DNA of 64,000 bases from NCBI RefSeq assembly GCF_016026235.1, contig NZ_CP065613.1; one strand, 5' to 3'. This document shows positions 34,923 to 44,853 of the stretch, in pieces. A model generated the notes under the pieces. The model was given only the letters and a program-made list of their open reading frames with translations, ran no database searches and had not been told where the DNA came from. This DNA is from Escherichia coli (GTDB lineage: Bacteria; Pseudomonadota; Gammaproteobacteria; Enterobacterales; Enterobacteriaceae). The translations under genes and the position numbers were made by a program. The stretch's first letter is position 1; each line of letters starts with the position of its first letter.

Positions 34923-35158
34923 TTTGGTTCCTCTAAATCCAGCTTTCAATTTAGCGTAGATAAAGAGACAGATCGGTACACTGTATTATCTGCCTCGACT
35001 ATTAATAACTCAGTTTATCTTATCGAAACTAACGCTTACCTCAAGTTGATATCACTAATAAATAACCATCAAAATGGTTTAAATGACTTATTAATCTCGA
35101 TTTACCAGTGTGATAAACTGAAAGTTAATTTATTCATAACTAATTGTTTTTACGACAG

Positions 35159-36616
35159 TTAATCGTTGCTCTCCTGTACCATATTCGTCGGCGTGCTAAA
35201 CAGGAAACGGGTAGCAAAGGCCAATACGACGATGATCGCGACACAAGCCAACGTCCACTCTCCCATCTGAGAAAAGAATCGCTGGTAAGCTGCAATTGCC
35301 ATACCGCTAATTTGCGACTCTGTCGTCTGCTGTGCCACTACGCCTGCCAGCCAGTTGGCGACCGCGCCTGTTGCCAGCATATAAATCCCGGTTAATACGC
35401 CAGACATTTTCAGACGCGTGATTTGCGCAATCGCCACCGGGTCAATAAAGAGTTCGGCAAAGCCCATTAGCGCCAACCCGGATATCATCACGCCCATTGA
35501 CGCTTGACCGTCAGCCGCTGCATGTCGGGCATCAAATGCCAACAACATAAAGCCACAAGCCATCAGCAGTAAGCCAAAGGCAAACTTCAACCAGACGCGC
35601 AATGTTGAGTTGCCGCGGCTTTCTGGCGACGCCAGCCAGGCCAGTACAACCCCAGCGAGCATCACCGCAATTGCATTCACCGACTGGAATAGTGCTGTAG
35701 GTACTTCAATATTGAATGCCTGACGATTCACAAAGCGATCGATAAACAAGCTGATGGTACTGCCGCCCTGTTGTGCCAGTACCCAGAACAATGTCCCGAC
35801 AAACATCAACAATACAATTTGCCAAAGAGCACGGCGGTGTTCGGGGAATTTGATCATCATGCGGGCAATGATTTGTGCGGCAATGAGGCAAACGATCGCC
35901 AGCAAATATCCGGACCAGTCGTTCTCCAGCAGCAGGGTAAAAAATACTGGGGCTAAACAGAGCATCACCACTAACCAGCTCCATACCGGTAAGGCAAATT
36001 TGACGCTAGTGAGCGCTTTTTTATCCATACTACGCGTGGACTGGAAATGACGATGCCCGCTTAAGAAAATCAACAAACCGATAAACATGCCGCCACCCGC
36101 AAGGGCAAAGCCAACATGCCATCCATACCACTGAGCAGCCAGGCCGCAGGCGATTGGGGCGGCGATAGAACCGATATTGCCCGCAGCATACAGCAGCGAA
36201 AAACCGCCATCACGTCGATGATCGTTCTCGTCGTAGAGCTCGCCAAGCAAACAGCTGATGTTTGATTTGAATAAACCGTAGCCACAAATAATGATTGCCA
36301 GCGCCAGATACAGGCTAAAGGTTGAATTTGTATCAATACCCAGCACCACATGGCCAAGGGTCATTAACAGCGCGCCGGCAATCACTGCAGTGCGGTTGCC
36401 GAGCAGGCGGTCGGCAAGCCAGCCGCCGAGAATAGGGGTAACGTAAACCAGAGAAGCATATGCGCTGAACAGGCTGATGGCATGGTTATCATCAAAACCA
36501 AGCTGATGGGTGAGATAGAGAATGAGTAAGGCACGCATGCCGTAAAAACTGAAGTACTCCCAGATTTGGATCGCCACGATATAGTATATCGCGCGCGGCT
36601 GTGAGGGTGTTTTCAT
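35159..36616 (-). CDS. dtpC: dipeptide/tripeptide:H+ permease (POT family)
   Basis: 485 aa. Confidence 0.9.
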   Translation of the reverse strand: MKTPSQPRAIYYIVAIQIWEYFSFYGMRALLILYLTHQLGFDDNHAISLFSAYASLVYVTPILGGWLADRLLGNRTAVIAGALLMTLGHVVLGIDTNSTFSLYLALAIIICGYGLFKSNISCLLGELYDENDHRRDGGFSLLYAAGNIGSIAAPIACGLAAQWYGWHVGFALAGGGMFIGLLIFLSGHRHFQSTRSMDKKALTSVKFALPVWSWLVVMLCLAPVFFTLLLENDWSGYLLAIVCLIAAQIIARMMIKFPEHRRALWQIVLLMFVGTLFWVLAQQGGSTISLFIDRFVNRQAFNIEVPTALFQSVNAIAVMLAGVVLAWLASPESRGNSTLRVWLKFAFGLLLMACGFMLLAFDARHAAADGQASMGVMISGLALMGFAELFIDPVAIAQITRLKMSGVLTGIYMLATGAVANWLAGVVAQQTTESQISGMAIAAYQRFFSQMGEWTLACVAIIVVLAFATRFLFSTPTNMVQESND

Positions 36617-36674
36617 GTGTTCTCCTTATGAGCAAAAAAGGGAAGTGGCAAGCCACTTCCCTTGTACGAGCTAA

Positions 36675-38822
36675 TTATTTTTTGCTTTCTTCTTTCAATA
36701 CCTTAACGGTATAGCGGCCATCAGCCTGACGGTATGCACCGTGAATATCGGTTTCAAAGCCCGGATAGTGAGCGCCGATTTCACACAGCATCTGCAGGAA
36801 CTCCAGAACCGGACGGCTTTCTTCGGTGATCATTTCACCCGGCATTACCAGAGGAACTCCCGGCGGATATGGAAGGATCATATTGGCGTTAATACGACCT
36901 ACCATTTCGTCGAGGTAAACTTCTTCGGTCATACCGTGCAGCTCTTTCTGGAACGCAGCATACGGAGTCATTACCATTGTCGGCAGCACTTCAAATGCGC
37001 GATACATCAGATCCGGCAGATTGTGGTGAACAATCAGTTTGTGGATATTCTGAGCCAGTTCCTGAATACGCATGTTTTCATAGAATTCAGGATCTTCACG
37101 ATACAGAGACGGCAGCATGTTTTTCACACGCAGGTTCAGGTCGAACGCACGTTTGAAGTCAGTCAGAGCACGCAGCAGGCTCAGTGCTTTGGTCTTATCG
37201 ATACCGATGCTGAACAGGAACAGCAGGTTATACGGACCGGTTTTCTCAACAACGATGCCATGTTCGTCGAGGTATTTCGCCACGATGCTGGCCGGAATAC
37301 CAAAGTCGCTCATGGTGCCGTCTTTTTCCATCCCCGGAGTCAGCAGGGTGACTTTGATCGGGTCAAGATACATGTGCTCGTTATCGATGTTTTTGAAGCC
37401 GTGCCAGGTGCTGTCAGAACGCAGCGGCCAGCATTCAGTCGTATCGATATGATCCGGCTGCCATACATCAAAGAACCAGCCATCAGATTCCGTTCTCAGA
37501 CGTTTGATCTCTTTACGGAATTTGATCGCACGTTCAATGGAACCGTTGATCAGACGTTTACCTGCATTGCCTTTCATCATCGCCGCAGCGGTTTCAGTGG
37601 ACGCCACGATACCGTAGTGAGGAGAAGTGGTGGTGTGCATCATGTAGGCTTCGTTAAAGGTTTCTTCGTTTACGTCACCTTTAACGTGGATCATGGAAGC
37701 CTGAGAGAACGCCGCCAGCAGTTTGTGAGTGGACTGGGTTTCGTAAATCACTTTCCCTTCTACACGGCCACCGCTCATACCGCATTTACCTTCGTAAATC
37801 GGTGAGAAGTTGGTGTAAGGCACCCACGCGGAGTCAAAGTGGATGGATTTCACATCCAGTGTTTTCTTGATGAAGTCGGTGTTGTACAGCAGACCATCAT
37901 AGGTAGAGTTGGTAATTACAGCATGTACCGGCCAGGTTGCGTTTGGTGTTTCTTTCACGCGCTTAGCAATGGTAGCGTGCTGGAATTCACTCTGTGGGAT
38001 ACCACCAAGAATACCGTAAGCGTTACGGGTCGGGCGGAAATAGATTGGCGTAACATCGCTCATCATCATCAGGTGGGTCAGCGATTTGTGGCAGTTACGG
38101 TCAATCAGAATGGTGCTGCCTGCCGGAGCAGAGTACATGCCAACAATTTTGTTCGCAGTGGAAGTACCGTTGGTCACCATGTAGCTGCGGTCTGCGTTAA
38201 AGACGCGAGCGATATACTGTTCTGCTTCTTTGTGTGGACCACTGTGATCCAGCAGAGAACCCAGTTCAGATACTGAAATGGAAATATCAGATTTCATGGT
38301 ATTCGGACCAAAGAAATCATAGAACAGGCTACCTACCGGGCTTTTCTGAAATGCAGTACCGCCCATGTGACCAGGAGTACAGAAAGTATATTTACCTTCA
38401 CGAACATATTTAAACAGTGCTTTAGTCAGCGGAGGCAGAATAGTGTTGATATATTCGTCAGTGGTCTGCTTGATCTTATTAGCAATATCTTCAGCAGCAC
38501 CCAGCGCATATTCAAAGAAGCTAATCTGTAAACGCAGGTCATTCAGGCTTACATCGAGAGTGGAATACGTATTAGCGAACGCGTACAACGGCAGGTTCTC
38601 GTTCATTTTGCTAATTTCTTCGCACAGCTCGAGATTATATTTATCCCAGTCAAAAATAACGCCGCACAGACGCGCATTGTTTTCGATCAGTTTTAATAAG
38701 TCGTCACGGTCGTTCGGGTAAACAATCTGGAAGTTCAGACGTTCAAGCGCGCGATGAAGTTCACGGATGGGTTCTTCTTTAAAATAAACCCCCATGTGAT
38801 TCAATATTGCAATAACGTTCAT
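36675..38822 (-). CDS. cadA: inducible lysine decarboxylase
   Basis: Start MNVIAILNHMGVYFKEEPIRELH; 715 aa; intact. Confidence 0.94.
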   Translation of the reverse strand: MNVIAILNHMGVYFKEEPIRELHRALERLNFQIVYPNDRDDLLKLIENNARLCGVIFDWDKYNLELCEEISKMNENLPLYAFANTYSTLDVSLNDLRLQISFFEYALGAAEDIANKIKQTTDEYINTILPPLTKALFKYVREGKYTFCTPGHMGGTAFQKSPVGSLFYDFFGPNTMKSDISISVSELGSLLDHSGPHKEAEQYIARVFNADRSYMVTNGTSTANKIVGMYSAPAGSTILIDRNCHKSLTHLMMMSDVTPIYFRPTRNAYGILGGIPQSEFQHATIAKRVKETPNATWPVHAVITNSTYDGLLYNTDFIKKTLDVKSIHFDSAWVPYTNFSPIYEGKCGMSGGRVEGKVIYETQSTHKLLAAFSQASMIHVKGDVNEETFNEAYMMHTTTSPHYGIVASTETAAAMMKGNAGKRLINGSIERAIKFRKEIKRLRTESDGWFFDVWQPDHIDTTECWPLRSDSTWHGFKNIDNEHMYLDPIKVTLLTPGMEKDGTMSDFGIPASIVAKYLDEHGIVVEKTGPYNLLFLFSIGIDKTKALSLLRALTDFKRAFDLNLRVKNMLPSLYREDPEFYENMRIQELAQNIHKLIVHHNLPDLMYRAFEVLPTMVMTPYAAFQKELHGMTEEVYLDEMVGRINANMILPYPPGVPLVMPGEMITEESRPVLEFLQMLCEIGAHYPGFETDIHGAYRQADGRYTVKVLKEESKK

Positions 38823-38901
38823 AGTCATATCTCCAGGTAAAAAAGGCCCCTCCCAACACATGGGACAAAATGAAAGGAGGAGCCTCGGAAAATACTTTTA
38901 A

Positions 38902-40236
38902 TTAATGTGCGTTAGACGCGGTGTGGTTATCCATTGAGTGGCTCTGGCGCTCGTGCATTTTGCGAGCGTAGAACATCAGGATAATCAGGCTGACGATGAA
39001 GGTACCTGCCAGCTCGAAGGAGCTTGCGCCCATCAGCGCGATGAAGCAGAACACGCAACCCAGTACAGAGCAGATCAGGCTGACAAAGTTGCGGATGTTA
39101 ACGCCTTCAAAACGAATCAGGTCAACGCAAGAGTAGAAGTACGGCAGCATAGTCAGCAGTACTGCGATACCGGTCAGTTCACCGAACAGGTCAGATGCTT
39201 TACCACCGGCAGAGTTCATCAGAGTGATGAGGATCATCAGGGCAGTCATTTTCACTGCAGCCAGCAGCAGACCTTTTTTCGGAATACCGTTGCTGTCGAC
39301 TTCACCATAAACTTTCGGGAAGTTACCGTCGTTAGCGGCACGTACACCTGCCTGGCCTACCAACATCATCCAGGATCCCAGAGAAGTCAGGCACGCAAAG
39401 GCGGTGAATGCAGAAACCAGCGGCGCAGCCCAGTTACCGAGGATGGTTGAAGCACTGATTGCAAACGGAGCACCGGAAGCTGCCATTACAGAAGATGGAT
39501 ACATACCGGAAAGCACCTGAGTCGCAGCGATGTAAACAATACCTGCTAAACCAGTACCCAGCATGGTTGCCAGCGGAACGGTACGTTTCGGGTTTTTAAC
39601 CATACCAGTACTTACTGCTGCGGATTCAACACCCACGAAGGCCCACAGGCAGAGCAGAATACTTTTAATGATCGCATGACCATCAGTGGTATCCGCAGTA
39701 TTCCAGTTAGCTGCATAAGTTGCCGCATCAAACCAATGCCAGCCAACAATAGCAGTCATCACCACAGGAATAAGAACCAGCACCAGACCAATAGTGGTTA
39801 AACGGCTTACCCAAGTACCGCCGAGCATATTTACAAAGGTAAATACCCAGACGATAGCAATACAGGCGATACCCGCCGGAACAGGATCATTTAATACTGG
39901 GAAGAAGGTGGAAAGATAAGATACCGCGGTAATACCAATCGCCAGGTTACCAATCCAGTTAGCATGGTAATAAAGAACACCTGTCTGAAAACCAAATGCA
40001 GGGGAAATTTCTCCGGCATAAGCAATTGGGCCACCTTGTTGCGGGTTTTTTGTTGCCAGTCGGGCATATACATACGCCAGCGACATTGCACCAATAATAG
40101 AGATAATCCAACCCCAGATAGCAATACCACCGATACTTGCTAGGTTCGCAGGTAATAATGCAATACCGCTCCCCATCATATTACCGGCAACAACACCGGT
40201 ACAGGCAAATAGCCCGATCTTCTTGGCAGAACTCAT
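38902..40236 (-). CDS. cadB: lysine:cadaverine antiporter
   Basis: 444 aa APC transporter; intact. Confidence 0.93.
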   Translation of the reverse strand: MSSAKKIGLFACTGVVAGNMMGSGIALLPANLASIGGIAIWGWIISIIGAMSLAYVYARLATKNPQQGGPIAYAGEISPAFGFQTGVLYYHANWIGNLAIGITAVSYLSTFFPVLNDPVPAGIACIAIVWVFTFVNMLGGTWVSRLTTIGLVLVLIPVVMTAIVGWHWFDAATYAANWNTADTTDGHAIIKSILLCLWAFVGVESAAVSTGMVKNPKRTVPLATMLGTGLAGIVYIAATQVLSGMYPSSVMAASGAPFAISASTILGNWAAPLVSAFTAFACLTSLGSWMMLVGQAGVRAANDGNFPKVYGEVDSNGIPKKGLLLAAVKMTALMILITLMNSAGGKASDLFGELTGIAVLLTMLPYFYSCVDLIRFEGVNIRNFVSLICSVLGCVFCFIALMGASSFELAGTFIVSLIILMFYARKMHERQSHSMDNHTASNAH

Positions 40237-40601
40237 GCTCTTCTCCTAATTTCATTTTTGAATTTGGAGTCCGGGTCATGATGTATAACTATTTCCTGAC
40301 CAGACCAAACTGGCGCTAAGATTACTCACGAAAAAAGGATTAATCCTAAAGATTAGGTGAAATAACACAAAAGTTTCTGTAAGTGAGAACTTGAGGTTTT
40401 TTATTAACACATCAGGATCGCAAGTTGATATCATGAAAAGATAAACATTCAATGTTTACAATAGATTGCGTGACGTCTTCTGGTTAAATTTATGTAATAA
40501 AAATTATGCGGCAAATAAATTGCCGCAACATATTATACCAACAGGAACATACAAAAACTCAACAACAAATATTCCCTAGCATGAATCAACCCAGGAGTTA
40601 C
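40237..40601 (-). promoter_or_regulatory. Pcad promoter/operator region (cadBA control region)
   Basis: Intergenic cadC-cadB; AT-rich with perfect palindrome tgcggcaaataaattgccgca at 40507..40527. Confidence 0.5.
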
Positions 40602-41510
40602 TTATTCTGAAGCGAGAAATTTGTCGAGATAAGGTACAACATAAGGAACAGAAGTCTGGAATATACCATTTTCAATCCAGTAAAGGGTGTTTGCCCCTGG
40701 GCGTAAATTAAAGGCGGTGAGATATGCATCAGCCGCTTCCCGGTTCATCCCCTTCATTTCATAAACCTTGCCAAGCAACACATAATTTAGCCAGGACATT
40801 TCAAGATCAATGCCAGTATTTATCGCCTGGTAAGACTCATCTGTTTTACCTTTTACCAGAGCACTGACCGCTTTTATTTGATATATAATGGACAGGTTGT
40901 TCAATTCCGGCAGTGTAACAATGTTGTCTATTTCTGTGTTCAGTGCTGCTAATTGTTTTTCATCTAAAGGGTGTTGAGAATGGCGCACGATATCAACTAA
41001 TGCTTTTTCTGCTCTCGCGTAGGTAAATTCTGGGGATGATTGAACAATCTCACCTAATAATTCACTGGCACGATTCAATGATTTGTCATCGCCATGCAGT
41101 AAATAATCATGAGCCTGATAAAAATTAGTTAATAACGCACCACGATGAGGCAAAATTTGCTGGAGCGTCTCCTGCATTCGTTGTGGCCACGGTTGGTTTA
41201 ACGCTTTTGATAAACTCTCCAGTAAATCATTTTGAATCGCCAGCTGATTACCGTTAGTGATGACATAACGTTTATCCAGCATGGTTGAACCATCTGCATT
41301 GTCTACCAATTTTATCGACATAAAGCATTGTTGAGCACGGTATTGGCGCTGATTAACAAAGGCAATAGATAATGTTTTACCGGAACTGCTCGGTTCATCA
41401 ATGTTGTAGTTGATTTTGTCATGCACCATAAAGGTGGAGAAGGTGTTAAGTGATGTCGCCACCAAATCACCCACGCCTATCGCGTAAGAGAGCTGATACG
41501 GGGAACTCCA

Positions 41511-42803
41511 CTGAGGGATCCCCAGAAAATTTAGTAAACCATTATCATATTGGTATACCGTTGCTGTAGAACTTTCAGCCCTGCGTCAAGTGACAGTGTG
41601 TTTAGTATGAGTGGAGAATGTCGAATCACATTCTCCGCCAGTTTTAATAACGAGATGACTCGCCTGTGCTTCACTGTATTTGCCTGATATTTATGATGTA
41701 TCCCTTTGTTTTCCAGGCTGAAACCGCTTAACCACATAATGATACTGGCTAATGTTGCGATCAGACTCAATACCGTGACCCGCCCGGATGAATGACTGGC
41801 ACCAAACCGTAGTCCAAATCCCCAGCGAGGATTTTTTCATCCCTGAAATTTTGCTCAATTTGCATTCTACGGCTGTATAATTTCATTACCTGTTTTGGCG
41901 AGAACTCAGTACTGTTTGTGAAAATAAACCATGGTGATTTCCCGGCAGTACGAGCTTTAGCCGTCACCGATGGTCTGGTTGCTCTTTCCTTCGAGCGTTT
42001 AAATCTACGACCTTTAGGCTTACTTTTATAAAGATAAAAATGCCCTTCATGTTGTGCATTTTTATCTCGACCCAGCAGGCCTTCACCTAAATAAATTGCT
42101 GTCGTTGATGCTTTTGTGCCTGAGTCCGACACCTTTTCCCAGCCATTACCAACATTGTAATAATGATTGCCCAGTACCCGGCAAATATAGGTCCAGCCAC
42201 GGGAGCGGAGCTGTTGGAACCATCGCCCCTGAAAACCGGCATCTGTAATAACAATGACATCAGTCCCGGGGGAAAAGCACTCAGCAAGCGATTCCAGAAA
42301 ACGCTCATGTACATCTGCATTCGCTGTCTGTGATGATGGAACGACACAACTCATCAACGGTAAAGAACGCCCGTCACATGCCAGGCTTGCCCGCAAAAGC
42401 TGAAAACGAGAGGCATGATAAGCACTCCAGTCAATGAGTATCACAACACGAGACATTCCCCGCGTAATCTTTTGGGTAATTCGCTGAAAAATGGTGGAAA
42501 CCTCATTTTGCAAATGTCGATTCCCCAACAGTCGATCCACCCGCTTTATTTTGTTTTTAACTGATGCCGTACCGGTTAAATGACGCCCGATACTGGTAAG
42601 TGTGAGGGAAGCGCCATTTATTACAGCATTAGTTGCGTCAATCAGTGATTTTTGACGGTAAAGATGCAAAGGGGCCAGTATGTTGTTAAGGAAATTTTGG
42701 CATAATGAACGTGCAGGCATAGTGGTGATCTCCTTGAAATTGTTAGCACAATCAATTAGATCACATCTCACTATGCCTGTCTTGTTTTCTGGGGATTCCT
42801 CAG
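41511..42803 (-). mobile_element. IS10-like insertion sequence (IS4 family), ~1293 bp, inserted in cadC
   Basis: Imperfect terminal inverted repeats CTGAGGGATCCCCAGAAAA (41511..) and revcomp CTGAGGAATCCCCAGAAAA (..42803); flanking direct repeat gggaactcc(a) at 41501..41510 and 42804..42813; encodes IS10-related transposase. Confidence 0.85.
41531..42720 (-). pseudogene. IS10-family DDE transposase, disrupted by a frameshift near 41797..41808
   Basis: ATG 42720 preceded by AAGGAGAT SD; motifs KRVDRLLGNRHL, ILIDWS, ITDAGF, YSRRMQIEQNFRDEK align with IS10 transposase; frame ends at 41767 and C-terminal homology (QANTVKHRRV...) continues in another frame (41531..41770). Confidence 0.75.
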
Positions 42804-44018
42804 GGGAACTCCAGCTGTTACAACTTTTATTTACCATATTAATGTCAATATCGCGTGGATTGAGCAAAATACGCGATTTGCTCATCGGAAGACGTGTATC
42901 AAGACTTGAAAACGCTACCAGTGCTACACAGATACCTAAGGACAACAGGAAAAAAAACCATACCCAAAAGGTAGTGAATCGTTTGCTTTTAACTGGGGAT
43001 TGTTCAGGTGGCGTTGCGGTGTTTTGAATGTTAAGGCTGTGGGAGGGAGAATCTGTGGCAGGAACCGCCTCTGGTATAGGGGGAGGCGAAGATAGCATTA
43101 TTTCCTCTCCCTCTTCTTCGCTGTACCAGATAACCGGCACCATTAATTTATAGCCGCGCTTTGGTACAGTAGCGATATAGACAGGACTATCTTCATCATT
43201 ATCTTTTAATGAATTACGTAGTTCTGAGATACTCTGCGTCACAACGTGATTGGTGACAATACTTCTCTTCCAGACATTATCGATAAGTTCATCCCTGCTA
43301 AGTACTTCGCCACTGTGTTGAGCAAAGAAAACCAGAAGATCGATTAATCTCGGCTCAAGGGTAAGTTGACGCCCATTGCGGCTAATTTGGTTTATGGACG
43401 GAGTAACAAGCCATTCGCCAACGCGAACTACAGGTTGTTGCATAATAGAAACTCATTCGAAAAGGGAATGATGCAATGATAATTGCCACAACCTATTTTT
43501 ACCATCTATAGATGGGTTTATTTACATATTATTGGTGAATGCAAGACGTTATTTTTACCAGCCATAAACTTCTTGATTACATGGTATTACGAAAGGATTT
43601 TACTGAGAACCAGAAGTAATATTCCTTACCATCAAAATTCATCATCTTTGCCAAAGAAAAATGTTCAGAAAATAATCCATGGAAAATTGTCCGGAGCGCT
43701 TACTATTTTAATGGATTGTTAGTCTTTGCATGAGCAAGGGGACTGATACATTTCTCTTTGTTCTCATTCAGAAAATCTCATCAGTCGCCGTTCAGACCGG
43801 TGTTGTGCTTTATGGATGCGTTACGCTCCTGATGACGTCATTTGACGTTCAACAGCATCACGGGGTCGCACGACATTTCACGTCAGTTAGTGCTATAGCT
43901 CAGGAACAAATTTTCCCGAATTGGGATATGCCCGCAAATTGCTGGTGATGTGGGGAGAATCTGGTTGAGTTCGGTAGAATTGATTTGGCGGCAGAACGCT
44001 TAAATCGTGGCGTCCTGA

Positions 44019-44050
44019 AACGAAAAACGGACCTCCGTGGAGGTCCGTTT
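44019..44050 (-). terminator. intrinsic terminator downstream of pheU
   Basis: aaacggacctccgtggaggtccgttt hairpin followed by U-run on the minus-strand transcript. Confidence 0.7.
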
Positions 44051-44059
44051 ATATGAATT

Positions 44060-44135
44060 TGGTGCCCGGACTCGGAATCGAACCAAGGACACGGGGATTT
44101 TCAATCCCCTGCTCTACCGACTGAGCTATCCGGGC
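44060..44135 (-). tRNA. pheU: tRNA-Phe (GAA anticodon)
   Basis: Reverse complement reads GCCCGGATAGCTCAGTCGGTAGAGCAGGGGATTGAAAATCCCCGTGTCCTTGGTTCGATTCCGAGTCCGGGCACCA (76 nt with encoded CCA). Confidence 0.97.
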
Positions 44136-44241
44136 AACGGGGCGCATTAAACCGTAATCTGCACATCTCGTCAACCTAATTTCAGTAAAAGCGATTCAAC
44201 TGCTTAAGATTGCGGCAAATCGCTTCTTTTCTGTGTTTCTG

Positions 44242-44817
44242 TCAGGTCAATGCGCCACCCTGGCGGCAGCGGGCGAAGCGCAGGATATCTTCCGCCAGCC
44301 GATGTGCAGTGTCGACATCCGCCTGGCTACGATTCACCAGCATCCGGCTCAGGCATCCTTCCAGCACCAGTTCCATCTGCTTTGCTACCATCGCCGGATC
44401 GTCAACTTCCAGCGTGGTTAACAGTTCGTGGGTGAAATCGTAGGCCGCGCTTTTTTGCTGATCGGCCAGTTGATGAATAGGGTGGCCAGGATCGGGATAA
44501 AACGTACAGGCAGCGATAAATAGACAGCCCGGATAGCGGTTGTTTTTAACGCACTCCGATAACGCCTGATAACGTGCCAGCAGCTTTTGTTCGGCGGTTT
44601 GCGTTTCGTCCAGCATCAGCTGACGACGCCAGACATCTATCTGTTGGCTAAGATAACGCAGCGCATCGTAGAGGATTGCCTCTTTGTCTGGCCAGAAGCG
44701 GCGCAGCTCGTCCAGTGGATAATCCACACGTTCAGCAACCATCTCCAGCGTGGTGTTGGCAATCCCTTGTAATTCTAATAATTTCAGGGCTTCTCCCAGT
44801 ACATCTTCACGTTGCAC
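44242..44817 (-). CDS. yjdC: TetR-family transcriptional regulator YjdC
   Basis: ORF 44242..44841; TetR-type N-terminal HTH; start probably the GTG giving [14 protein letters not shown]. Confidence 0.8.
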
Positions 44818-44853
44818 GCTATTTTCCTCCGTCTTTCCCACTGCAAGTGTCGT

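Larger units (their letters stand above)
40602..43443 (-). pseudogene. cadC: cadC (ToxR-like membrane-bound activator of cadBA) interrupted by an insertion sequence after codon ~215
   Basis: N-terminal CadC segment (wHTH + TM, ...NSWSSP) at 42804..43443 and C-terminal periplasmic segment (...YQLSYAIGVGDLVATSL... to LASE) at 40602..41510 are separated by ~1.29 kb of IS sequence; joined segments total ~1539 nt, a full 512-aa CadC. Confidence 0.9.

Noticed and set aside
36741-37805. 354-aa ORF antisense to cadA, and similar long antisense ORFs in adiA (19571..20644), dcuA (47059..47844), phnE (3075..3989) and epmB (56483..56995)
   Set aside because: All sit inside well-supported genes on the other strand with no independent signals; treated as shadow ORFs.
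41767-41810. Programmed ribosomal frameshift in the IS10-like transposase
   Set aside because: Frameshift-dependent expression is a feature of IS3/IS1 families, not IS4/IS10; no slippery heptamer at the site; a mutational indel is the simpler reading.
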